This document shows positions 1 through 8,722 of a stretch of 64,000 nucleotides of DNA, piece by piece. The DNA is from an uncultured Actinomycetes bacterium (lineage in GTDB: Bacteria > Actinomycetota > Acidimicrobiia > Spongiisociales > DATADW01). The notes under the pieces are model-generated. The model did no database searches and was not told the DNA's origin. It saw nothing but the letters and a program-made list of their open reading frames with translations. Both the position numbers and the translations under genes were made by a program. Positions within the stretch are counted from its first letter, which is position 1; every line of letters begins with the position of its first letter. The stretch lies in assembly GCA_963733905.1 (NCBI GenBank), contig CAVTEU010000012.1, positions 32,603 to 96,602 of the forward strand, written 5' to 3'.

Positions 1-1486
1 GCCGAGGGGTCGACCGAGCTGAGCACCTCTCTCGTCCCAGATCTGGCTGAGGGCTCCTACATCGTCTCCTGGAGTGTCGTGTCGCTCGATGATCACCCGA
101 TCCGCGGCGCCTTCGTGTTCCAGGTTGGCTCAGGCCCTGGCGCCGATGACGACCTGATCGCCTCGATCCTCAGCGGCGCCGACGCCTCGGGGGCCAGGAC
201 TGCCGGGGTCGCCGTGCGGTGGATCACGTACGCCGCGTCTTTGGTGGCGGTGGGTGCCACCGCCATGCTCTTCTCGCTTGCGCGCCGCGAATGCCCGGCT
301 CGCCATACGCAGGTTGGTGCTCATCGCCGCAGCCGTCGGGGTGATCGGATCGGTCCTGTCGGTGCCCGTCCAGGCGGCCGAAGTGAGCGGTCTGGGCTGG
401 TCGGTGATTTCCGCCCCCGACCTGCTCTCCGAGGTGCTCTCCGGGGGGGTGGGGCGAGCCGCCATTGTGAGGATCGCCGGCCTGGTCGCGTTGATGATCG
501 CCGTCTGGGCTCTGGGCAAGTCGAGGAGCCTCCCGGTTGCGCTCGCCGGGCCGGCGGCGGCGGTCGTGCTGGTCGCCGACCTGCTGACCGGGCACACCGT
601 CACCACCGAGCCGACCTGGCTGGTGATGGCCGCCGACACCGTGCACCTTCTGGCGGCAGCGTTGTGGACCGGCGGCCTGGCCGCCCTGCTGGTGGCGCTC
701 CGATCGCTCCGGACCGACGACGATCCGCTCGGTGCGGCCGAAGGGGTGAGGGCATTCTCCAGAATGGCGACATGGAGCGTCGTCGCGCTGGCCGCCGCCG
801 GTGCCGTGCTGGGTTGGCTCGAGGTCCGCACATTCGATGCGCTCATCAGCACGACCTACGGCCGAACACTTCTGGTCAAAGTCGCTTTGGGCGGGGCGGT
901 GATCGCCGTCGGTGCGTACAACAACCGGGCGCTGGTTCCGGCGATACAGCGGTCCGTCGTAGCCGCCCCGGTGCCGGTGTCGGTTGGTGCGGGGATCGCC
1001 GATCCTCCCGAGCCGCCACCCTCGGAGTCAACCGCCGCTTGGACGAGGCTGCGCCGCACCATGACCTGGGAGTTGGTCGGGCTCGGGCTGGTGATCGCCG
1101 TCACCTCGGTGCTGGTCAACCTTCAGCCGGCGGCCGAGGCCGCAGGTGTGACGGGTGCCTTCTCCACCTATGTCCCGCTGGGTGACGACGGGAGCCAGGT
1201 GAATGTGGTGATCGACCCCAACCGGGCCGGGCCCAACCAGGTTCACGCCTACCTGATCGACCCGAGCGGGAGACCGGCCGACCTCGGCGATGGGGTCGGG
1301 TTTGTCTTCTCGCTGCCCGAGCGCGATGTGGGGCCGATCGAGCGGGAACCGATCCACGCCGGAACGGGGCACTATCTCCACGTCGGCCCGGAGCTGGCGA
1401 TTCCGGGCACATGGGAGATCGAGGTCGTGGTCAGGTCGGAGTTCGAGGACACGACCGCCACGGTCGAGGTCGCGGTGAACCCATGA
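1..1486 (+). CDS. CopC-CopD fusion copper-resistance membrane protein (YcnJ-like); 5' end cut by window edge; one apparent frameshift near nt 280-290
   Basis: Frame 1 from nt 1 reads LVPDLAEGSYIVSWSVVSLDDHPIRGAFVFQVG (CopC-type C-terminus), then a first TM helix VAVRWITYAASLVAVGATAMLF. The poly-TM CopD-like body continues in ORF 254..1486 (next frame). The stop overlaps the next start (ATGA 1483-1486). Confidence 0.75.
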
Positions 1487-2272
1487 GACGGCGAGTCGCC
1501 ACCCTGTTTCTACTCATCGCCGGCGCGGTCGCTCATCGCCTCCCCGGCCTGGGCCCACGTCGAGGTGAGCCCCACCGAACTGCCCGAATCGAGCGCACAG
1601 GAACTGGTGTTCAGTTACCACCACGGGTGCGACGGATTGGCCACAGACGGTCTCGACATCCTGCTGCCCGAGGGGGTCGAGGTGACAGCCGATGGGTGGT
1701 CCGGAGGGGTGGCAGTCGACCATCGAGGAGAGCGACGATGGGCAGGTGATCATCTGGTCGGGTCCCGCCGTTCCCGACGGGGTGGAGGCGGAGTACCCGG
1801 TCGAGTTGAACCTGCCCGCGGGGGCGGGGACGACGCTCTACTTCCCGACCATCCAGCGGTGCGGGCCAGACGACCAGGTCCGATGGATAGAGATCCCGGC
1901 CGAGGGCCAGGATCCGGAGGAGCTTGCCGAGCCGGCGCCGGCCGTTCTCCTGGTGGACAACCCGGACGCAACCACATCCACCACAAGCGAGGCCACGACG
2001 ACCACGGAGGCGACGACCACCACCGCCGAGACTGCGACGACCGTAGAAGCGACGACCACCAACCGCTGAGATCACCACCACCGCAGCGCCCGACACCACA
2101 GCACCGGCCACCGTCTCTACCGCGTCGGTCACGACCACATCGCCGTCACCGTCGACCACGGTGGCCGCAGTCCGAGGGTGGTGGGACCCTGCCCGTGGCG
2201 CTCGCAGTGGGAGGGGCGGCCGTGGTTGCAGTCGGTGCATATGCGCTGGCCAGGAGTCGCAACAAGCAGTGA
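1483..2272 (+). CDS. ycnI: YcnI/DUF1775-family copper-associated surface protein with Thr-rich linker and C-terminal TM anchor; about four frame changes
   Basis: Signal peptide MRRRVATLFLLIAGAV from ATG 1483. Then AWAHVEVSPTELPESSAQELVFSYHHGCDG..LLPEGV (ORF 1565 frame) and PEGWQSTIEESDDGQVIIWSG..TLYFPTIQRCG (ORF 1692..2069). A T/A/P-rich linker follows, then the anchor GGGTLPVALAVGGAAVVAVGAYALARSRNKQ ending at 2272. Confidence 0.7.
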
Positions 2273-3346
2273 GGCGGTGGCTCACCGCAGGCGGGCTCAT
2301 TCTGATGGTGCTCGTCGCGGGAGCGGGCCCGGCGTGGGCCGATCCTGCTCGACCGTCGAACTTCGTGTCCGAGGTGGTACGGGTAGATCCGGCGGGCCTT
2401 CCCGCCGAGTTCCGTGTGGTCGGGGGTGACTCGTTCCTCGAGGTGACGGTCGAACCGGGACACACCGCCGAGATCCCCGGCTACCAGGAGGAGCCCTACA
2501 TCCGGGTCGAGGCCGACGGGACGGTGCTGGTCAACGACCGCTCACCCACCCGGTGGGTCAACGACGACCGCTACGGGTTGGTCACCCCACCGAGCGATGC
2601 CGCCGCCGATGCCCCTCCCGAATGGGTGGAGGTGGCCACCGGCGGGTCGCTACGCGTGGCACGACCATCGCATTCACTGGATGACACCCGATCAACCGCC
2701 GCCGGTTGTTCAAGGCGAGCCGGTGGAGGTGATGGAGTGGACCGTCCCGGTCGTGGTCGACGGCGAGCCCGCAGAGGTCATGGGCACCCTCCGATGGCTC
2801 CCAGCGGTGAGCCCATTGCCGGCACTGGGTCTGGGGCTCCTGGCTGCCGTCCCGGTCCTCTTTGTGTGGAGGGCGCGGCCCTTCCTCGCCGGGGTCATCG
2901 CGGTGGGCGCCGCCGGCGTTGCCGCCCTCGTCGTGGCCTTCTCGTTGCTTGCGGTGTCTCCACCCGGCGCCGGGGGCGAATTCCTCATCTGGGCACCTCC
3001 CGCGCTGGCGGTGGGCGGTGCAGTCGCCGCACCGCTGCTTCGGCGTCGGCGCCCAGAGATCGCCGAGCTGCCGGTGGTGGGTGGTGCCGTGTTGCTGATC
3101 GTGTGGGCTCTGCTCCGGCTTTCGACATTGTGGATGCCGTCGTTGCCCTCGGGTTTGCCCCCGGGTGTCGAGCGGGCCCTGTTGGCGACGACTGCCGTGC
3201 TCGCCCTCGTCGGTCTCGCTGTTTCCGTATTGGGACGTCAGCCGTCCGACGAGCCGGCGAGCGCTGATCGCATCCGGGTGCGATTCTGTGGGCCCGAACT
3301 GTCCCTGTGGCGCGGCTCCGAACCCTGGGTTGGAGCGACCGCCTAG
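2269..3346 (+). CDS. ycnI-linked secreted/membrane protein of unknown function (signal peptide, soluble domain, multi-TM C-terminus); one frameshift near nt 2640
   Basis: GTG 2269 overlaps the ycnI stop (GTGA). VRRWLTAGGLILMVLVAGAGPAWA then DPARPSNFVSEVVRVDP.. lie in the ORF 2161..3267 frame. The protein continues YAWHDHRIHWMTPDQPP plus hydrophobic helices in ORF 2597..3346. Confidence 0.55.
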
Positions 3347-3370
3347 GTAGCTGCCAACCCTGGGTTGGGG

Positions 3371-4360
3371 TCAGTCGACCACGACCGTGAGGACGGTGGT
3401 CTGCACGGTCACCCCGTTCCAGCGCCATCGCCCGACAAACTTGTAGGTGCCCGGCCGGATCGAGCGGAACTGGTAGACGAACACCTTCTTCGCCCTGCCG
3501 CCCGCCGTCCTCAACGTGGGTCCATCCGGGTCCAGCGTCTCGCCATCGACGGTCAGGGCGAAGCGGGTGGCGTCTGACATGAAGATCGAGCGCTCCCCGG
3601 ACAGGTAGGGGAGCTTGTGGACGATGCCTTCGCGGACCACGTATGTCCGCCCGGCGGGGAAGTGCTCGGTCCCGGTGCACCGGGTCCGATCTGCATTGCA
3701 GCCTCCGCGGAAGCGGCCGCTCAGGCTGATCGTGGGGTAGATCAAATCGAGGTCGAGCGCTCTGGCGAGGAAGCTCGCCATCTGGGCGCGGGTTACCGGG
3801 TCCTCGGGGCAGTAGAGCGTCTCGGTGCAACCCTGGGTGATCCCGTCGGCGGCGATGGCCGCGATGGCACGGGCATGCGTGCTCCCCGGGCTCACGTCAT
3901 TGAACACCCGGCCGGGACGGCCGGCCAGTCCCTCGGCCCGGGCCAGGAAGCTGGCCATCTGGGCGCGTGTCACCGGTTCGTCCGGGCAGAAGAGCCTGGG
4001 AGTACATCCCTCGGTGATCCCTTCTTCCTCGATGGCGGCGATGGCGCCGGCGTGCGTGCTCCCCGGGGTCACGTCGTCGAACACCCGTCCTCCCCGTGTC
4101 CCCAATCGGTAGGCGCGGGCCAGGAAACTCGCCATCTGCGCCCTGGTCACCGAGAGGGTCGGGCAGTAGAGGTCCTCGGCGCAGCCCTCGGTGATCCCGG
4201 CGGCGGCGATGGCGTTGATCGCCGCCTCGTGGTAGTCGCCGTTGTCGTCCTTGAATGCCCCGCCTGTGTTGGGGAGGTCGCTCTGACCGGCTGCGGGCGG
4301 CACGGCCAGCGCCGCCACCATCGCGGCCACCACCATCGCCGCCACGAACGCCACTCTCAT
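3371..4360 (-). CDS. Secreted protein with three S-layer-homology (SLH)-type repeats and a C-terminal beta-rich domain
   Basis: Intact 329-aa ORF with signal peptide MRVAFVAAMVVAAMVAALAVPPAAG. Three ~60-aa repeats each end in GIT.GC....CP...VTRAQMASFLARA. ATG 4360 overlaps the upstream stop (ATGA 4357-4360). Confidence 0.75.
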   Translation of the reverse strand: MRVAFVAAMVVAAMVAALAVPPAAGQSDLPNTGGAFKDDNGDYHEAAINAIAAAGITEGCAEDLYCPTLSVTRAQMASFLARAYRLGTRGGRVFDDVTPGSTHAGAIAAIEEEGITEGCTPRLFCPDEPVTRAQMASFLARAEGLAGRPGRVFNDVSPGSTHARAIAAIAADGITQGCTETLYCPEDPVTRAQMASFLARALDLDLIYPTISLSGRFRGGCNADRTRCTGTEHFPAGRTYVVREGIVHKLPYLSGERSIFMSDATRFALTVDGETLDPDGPTLRTAGGRAKKVFVYQFRSIRPGTYKFVGRWRWNGVTVQTTVLTVVVD

Positions 4361-4809
4361 GGTTCCACCTCGAGGGTGGCCAGGAGCTGGTTGACCTCCT
4401 CGACCAGCGCCCTCCGGGATGCGTGGCTGCCAAGCACGACATAGAGGCAGAAGGCGCGTCCTCCTTCCGAGAAGAAGCGTTGGACACCGCTCTGCCCGGG
4501 GATGAGCCGCTGCAGCGTCGAGGTCGAGAAGTCATCCGGGTCCAGATGGTCGGGGCGGTCTGCGGCGAAGAGCGTCTGGGTCGCCGACGCCGGTTCGAAT
4601 TCGAAGAGAGAGACGAAGATGTCGTCGGAGCGCATCATCTCCACGGCTCCGCCGCCGTAGTCGCCCCGCTCGACGGGGAGTGGGAAGGTTGCGGCGTGGA
4701 GGACGGCGCGGTTGGTGCCTTCGGCTTGGGGCACGGCGCTGGTCCGGTAGACCTCCCCCTCCCACCCCGTGGGGAGGTCGATTCGGATCCGCTCGGAGTC
4801 GATCTGCAT
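4357..4809 (-). CDS. Hypothetical protein (150 aa), no signal peptide seen
   Basis: Internal ATG (4809) of ORF 4357..5259 starts MQIDSERIRIDLPTGWEGEV.., 5 nt after the stop of the upstream gene (4815). Composition is coding-like and the stop overlaps the SLH gene start. I recognise no family. Confidence 0.5.
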   Translation of the reverse strand: MQIDSERIRIDLPTGWEGEVYRTSAVPQAEGTNRAVLHAATFPLPVERGDYGGGAVEMMRSDDIFVSLFEFEPASATQTLFAADRPDHLDPDDFSTSTLQRLIPGQSGVQRFFSEGGRAFCLYVVLGSHASRRALVEEVNQLLATLEVEP

Positions 4810-4814
4810 CGCAG

Positions 4815-5396
4815 TCACCAAATCACGATCAGTGCCGTGGCGGCGAGGGCGACGATGGTGGCGATGCGGGCATATGGGGCGACCGCGGTCAGGCGGCGGT
4901 GGAGCAGCCGCAGCCCGCCGGGGTCGCTCACCCGAGACGAAGCGAGAAGGGTCGATGCCCTTGCTGCCCCGAATATCGCCCCCACCACGATTCCGGTCCG
5001 CACCGACCCGGTGAGAGCAGCCAAGACAAAGGTGGCGTAGACCGCGGCGGTCGTGACGATCGTCACCACACCGAGCCCGAGTTGGAATCCGAAGCCGGCG
5101 CCGTACACCCAGCCGCGGTAGCGGTGCAGCCAGTCGTCGTCGACCTGCCGTCTCACCCCGGGAAGACGTCTCCCCGATGCATCGAGCAGCGCGGCCGAGA
5201 GACAGACGACGACGGCCAGCCACGCCACCACCACAGGAGTGGGCGAGGCGATCGCCCAAAGCGCTGCCCCGATGGCGCCGGCGATGCCCCCGGCGACAGC
5301 GCCCCCCGCCACCGACCCGGCGATGTAGGCGGTGGTGGTGACCCAGAATCGGTTGTGTCTTGCCCGCTCACCGAGCGGGTGGATGCTGGCCAGCAT
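4815..5396 (-). CDS. Integral membrane protein (193 aa, about 5-6 TM helices), unknown family
   Basis: Intact ORF with Gly/Ala-rich hydrophobic helices (AYIAGSVAGGAVAGGIAGAIGAALWAI; VVVAWLAVVVCLSAALL; GFGFQLGLGVVTIVTTAAVYATFVLAAL). It sits between the thioredoxin-like gene and the 150-aa gene in the same operon. Confidence 0.6.
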   Translation of the reverse strand: MLASIHPLGERARHNRFWVTTTAYIAGSVAGGAVAGGIAGAIGAALWAIASPTPVVVAWLAVVVCLSAALLDASGRRLPGVRRQVDDDWLHRYRGWVYGAGFGFQLGLGVVTIVTTAAVYATFVLAALTGSVRTGIVVGAIFGAARASTLLASSRVSDPGGLRLLHRRLTAVAPYARIATIVALAATALIVIW

Positions 5397-5485
5397 CGAT
5401 TCCCCTCAGGGTGACCACGCCGAGCGGAGCCCTGCCATCAGGGCCACCAGCGACGCTCCCGCAAAAAGCATCTCGCTCATGTCGT

Positions 5486-6208
5486 TCATGTGGCATCCGC
5501 CGGCGTGTCGTCGCTCCCGGTCGGATAGAGGCTGGAGTGACCAGGTCCGATCCCGCCGGCGAGCAGGTCTCGGGTCTCCCGGTCGGCAACCGGCCCACTC
5601 GCCATCGAGCCATCGGCCCGTGCCCGTTCGAGGAGCGAGACCATCTGCCGCCAGGTGGCGGCGGCGCCCTCACCGGCGACCCGCCCCGAAGGCCCGTCAA
5701 CCAGGATGAAGTAGGGCGCCACGGGTACACGGTAGTGGTCCCAGGCTTCGCTCGACATGGCGATCGTGACACCCGTCGGGGCGAGCGCCGCCACCGTCGA
5801 CTCGCTCTCCGCCTCGGGACCTTTGGTGACGACCACCAGTCGCACCCCGGCGGGCACTCGCCTGTCTTCGCCAAATGCCTTCCAGAACCCGGCGCAGGTG
5901 ACGCAGCCGCTGGTGAGGAAAGCGAGCAGCGTCTGGCGCTCGACACCGACGACGGCCACCTTCACCGCCCCGCCCCCGGGGCGATTGCCAGAGACGTCGA
6001 CTGCGGTGGTGCCCTCGGCACGGGGCGCCGGCACCCCCGGTCTGGTCCGGAGAGGCACCGCTGCCTCACCGACGTCCTCGCTATCGCCCAGTCGGTGCAG
6101 GCTGCGCAGGATGTCTGCGTGGCTCCGCAACAGGCCGAACACCAGGACGCCGAGCACCGCGATCACCACCGCCTCGAGCACAACGAGGGTGAGCAGAGCG
6201 GTGTCCAT
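5486..6208 (-). CDS. Membrane-anchored thioredoxin-fold protein, MauD/TlpA-like (CxxC = CVTC)
   Basis: ATG 6208 overlaps the stop of the upstream gene (ATGA). N-terminal TM helix MDTALLTLVVLEAVVIAVLGVLVFGLL, then a thioredoxin-like core with LLAFLTSGCVTCAGFW and PYFILVD. Confidence 0.7.
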   Translation of the reverse strand: MDTALLTLVVLEAVVIAVLGVLVFGLLRSHADILRSLHRLGDSEDVGEAAVPLRTRPGVPAPRAEGTTAVDVSGNRPGGGAVKVAVVGVERQTLLAFLTSGCVTCAGFWKAFGEDRRVPAGVRLVVVTKGPEAESESTVAALAPTGVTIAMSSEAWDHYRVPVAPYFILVDGPSGRVAGEGAAATWRQMVSLLERARADGSMASGPVADRETRDLLAGGIGPGHSSLYPTGSDDTPADAT

Positions 6209-7545
6209 CACGAAACCCCCCAGACCAAAGGCGTTCCGTCTGATGGCCCGAAGTCGAAGGTGATCTGAGAACCCCCACCGGTGGGGGTCTGGCGCAACCG
6301 CCATGATCCCGAGTTGAAGACCCCGATCCCATCGGTCCCATCCCCGTTCCAGTCACCGACCACCGGGATCCCGGCGGAAGTGCCGAAGGTGAAGATGCGG
6401 TCGGCGGTCCCGCTGGACAGCGAGTCTCGTAGCAGCCACTCACCGTCGCGATAGAGCCCGGGAGAGTCGCCCCCGGTGTCATCCCAGTCGCCCACCACGG
6501 GTATGCCGTCGCCCCCGCCGAACTCGAATTCGATGTCGGGTGGTCCGGACTCGAGGCTTGTCCGCAGCATCCAAGATCCGCCCCGCACCACACCGGGGAG
6601 ATCTCGTCCATCTCCAAGCCAGTCGCCCACCACCGGGATGTCCCCGATGCGGCCGTATTCGAAGGCGATGTCCGGCTCGCCGTCACCCGGTTCGCTGCGG
6701 AGCAGCCAGACAAGGGCTGTGTCGGAGAGGCGGCCAAATCGGGTGCCCCTGACGATTCCCGCGGTTGCGGTCCCCGACGCCGTCCAGTCGCCCATCACGG
6801 GATGGTCGCCGATGATCCCGTATTCGAACTTCCGGTTGGCACCGCCATCGGTCAGCGAGTTGCGCAGCCGCCATGTGTTCCCGTTGACGACCGCGGGACG
6901 CGCCATCAACGGGGGAGGAGCATGCAGGCATGGTCGGTCGTGGAAGCGGGTGTTGTTGTCGGTGGCGACCGTCGTCGTGCACGAGTCGTCGATCTCCCAT
7001 GGTGGGGTGCAAGTCACCACCCGGCATACGATCGGGCCCACGCAGGCGACGTCCTGGTTGCACTGGCCATAGCGGAAGGCGGCACAGCACGCCTTGCGGT
7101 TGCCGCAGGATCCGGCGCCACAGCCGCAGTCGCACAACCCGACACAACCCGACCCGCACGATCCCGACGACCCGCACCCACAGCTGCCGCAGTTGTCGAC
7201 GTTGCAGTCGATGTAGTACCGGGGCAGATCGACGCCATCCTCGACGCAGAACCCGGAGACGTCCGCCTTCCACCACCCGGCGGCGAGCGTCCCGGGGGGG
7301 CACGAGTTGGAGCCGTAGAGAGTGCAGCAGAACTCGGTGTAGCCGTCGCAACACAGCGCCGAGCAGTCGCAGGAAGAACCGGAGCAGCTGCAGATGGCCG
7401 AATACGCCGTCACCGGCCTGAGGGCATATGCCATCGGGGCGGTTGCCAGGGCCGAACCAACTAGAGCGGCGTTCCGGAGGAAGCCGCGCCTGCTGGTCCT
7501 CGAGGCGAGGAACCGGCTGCCCGCATCAACCAGCCTGACGCTCAC
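6208..7545 (-). CDS. TAT-exported Cys-rich methylamine-dehydrogenase-light-chain (MauA)-like domain fused to FG-GAP/VCBS-like beta-propeller repeats (445 aa)
   Basis: GTG 7545 overlaps the MauE-like stop (GTGA). Twin-arginine signal SRRGFLRNAALVGSALATAPMAYA. There are 28 Cys between residues 52 and 206, including SCPPGTLAAGWWKADVSGFC and YIDCNVDNCG (compare MauA NCPPGT..ASWVASC..YRDCCG). Repeats of the form FEYG..GD.PVVGDW.GDG.D..GV follow. Uninterrupted within ORF 6208..8577. Confidence 0.7.
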   Translation of the reverse strand: MSVRLVDAGSRFLASRTSRRGFLRNAALVGSALATAPMAYALRPVTAYSAICSCSGSSCDCSALCCDGYTEFCCTLYGSNSCPPGTLAAGWWKADVSGFCVEDGVDLPRYYIDCNVDNCGSCGCGSSGSCGSGCVGLCDCGCGAGSCGNRKACCAAFRYGQCNQDVACVGPIVCRVVTCTPPWEIDDSCTTTVATDNNTRFHDRPCLHAPPPLMARPAVVNGNTWRLRNSLTDGGANRKFEYGIIGDHPVMGDWTASGTATAGIVRGTRFGRLSDTALVWLLRSEPGDGEPDIAFEYGRIGDIPVVGDWLGDGRDLPGVVRGGSWMLRTSLESGPPDIEFEFGGGDGIPVVGDWDDTGGDSPGLYRDGEWLLRDSLSSGTADRIFTFGTSAGIPVVGDWNGDGTDGIGVFNSGSWRLRQTPTGGGSQITFDFGPSDGTPLVWGVS

Positions 7546-8097
7546 CGACCAGCCCGGGCCGCGTTGAGGCGGGGGAGTTCTGTCATCGCCATCACCACTC
7601 CCGCCACCCCCATCAGGAGGAAGGCGAGGAATGGGATTCCGGCCCACGGCTGCGTGGCGACGATGTCGAGGATCCCGGATGGGGGTGAGGCGATGGCCGT
7701 CGTCAGGCACACCGCGGCGGCGACGAGATCTATGACCAGGTGCGTCATGCCGGGGGGCGCATCCTCCTGGCCGAAGCAGCCACACGAGGCCACCTGGATC
7801 CGGCCCGACATCGCTGCGGCGACGAAACCGGCAAAGACCACATAGAACCCACCGACGACCAGCGCCGCCGTCCGACCGCCGACCACAAGTGCCGCCGAGC
7901 CGGCAATCAGCTCGGCCGCTCCCATCAACCGCGCCGCTGACCGGCGCAGCTGGGACATGGAGCGCAGCCAGGGCGCCGGCGGCGGGACCCGGCCGGACCA
8001 ACTTCATCGCCCCACCCACGGCCAGCACCGCCGCGGCCAGGGCGAATGGACCGCTCAACACGCGGCGAGCATAGGCAGAGACCCCCCTGAAGGCCAT
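7542..8097 (-). CDS. MauE/DoxX-family redox-associated membrane protein; one frameshift near nt 7950
   Basis: N-terminus MAFRGVSAYARRVLSGPFALAAAVLAVGGAMKLVRPGPAAGALAAL lies in the frame of ORF 6208..8577. The rest is in ORF 7542..7958, with the SCGCFG motif and further TM helices. The start may instead be an internal GTG near 8061. Confidence 0.65.
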
Positions 8098-8106
8098 GTG
8101 ACCCAC

Positions 8107-8722
8107 ATGGCCCAGCGATCTTGCCGGGGTATCATCCAAACCCCCAGCTGGCAGGAGGATCCAATCTCCATCCCCGACGCGCTCGCGTTGGTCCGGGTGC
8201 TCCTGGTGCCGGTCATCATGTGGCTGATCAGCGCCAACGAGCGGATCGAGAACGGCTTCGGCATCGCCGCCGTCCTGTTCTTTGTGGCGGCGCTGACGGA
8301 CTTTCTCGATGGCTATTTCGCCAGGCGCTGGGGGATAACCACCGTGCTCGGTGCATTCCTCGACACCACGGCGGACAAGTTCCTCGTCAACGGGTTCCTT
8401 GCTCGCCCTGATCGCAGTCGGCCGGGCATCGATCTGGGTGACGCTCATCATCGTGCTCAGGGAGTTCGTGGTGATGGCGCTGCGAGGTCTCGCGGCCATG
8501 AGCGGGACGATGGTGAAGCCTTCCATCTGGGGAAAGCTCAAGGCGAGCATCCAGTTCCTCGCCATCCTCCTCGCCATCCTCCGGCTTCCCGAGCCGTTGG
8601 GCCGGCTCTACCTCGATGAGTGGGTCATGTGGCTGGCCGCGATCGTGACCATCGCCTCGGGGTGGCAGTACGTGGCCAGCTTCTGGTCGGTGGTGCGCGC
8701 GGTCGATACCCGGACGCCGTGA
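8107..8722 (+). CDS. pgsA: CDP-diacylglycerol--glycerol-3-phosphate 3-phosphatidyltransferase (CDP-alcohol phosphatidyltransferase); one frameshift near nt 8385
   Basis: Motif DFLDGYFARRWGITTVLGAFLDTTADK (D..DG..AR..G...D...D) in the ORF 7957..8619 frame. Continues GSLLALIAVGRASIWVTLIIVLREFVVMALRG in ORF 8351..8722. The junction is at a GGG run. Confidence 0.85.

Noticed and set aside
6208-8577. 789-codon minus-strand ORF that looks like one giant protein
   Set aside because: It is a composite. The upstream third is out-of-frame read-through across pgsA (antisense) and the MauE-like gene. A GTG start at 7545 overlaps the MauE-like stop and is followed immediately by a TAT signal. Only 6208-7545 is taken as the real gene.
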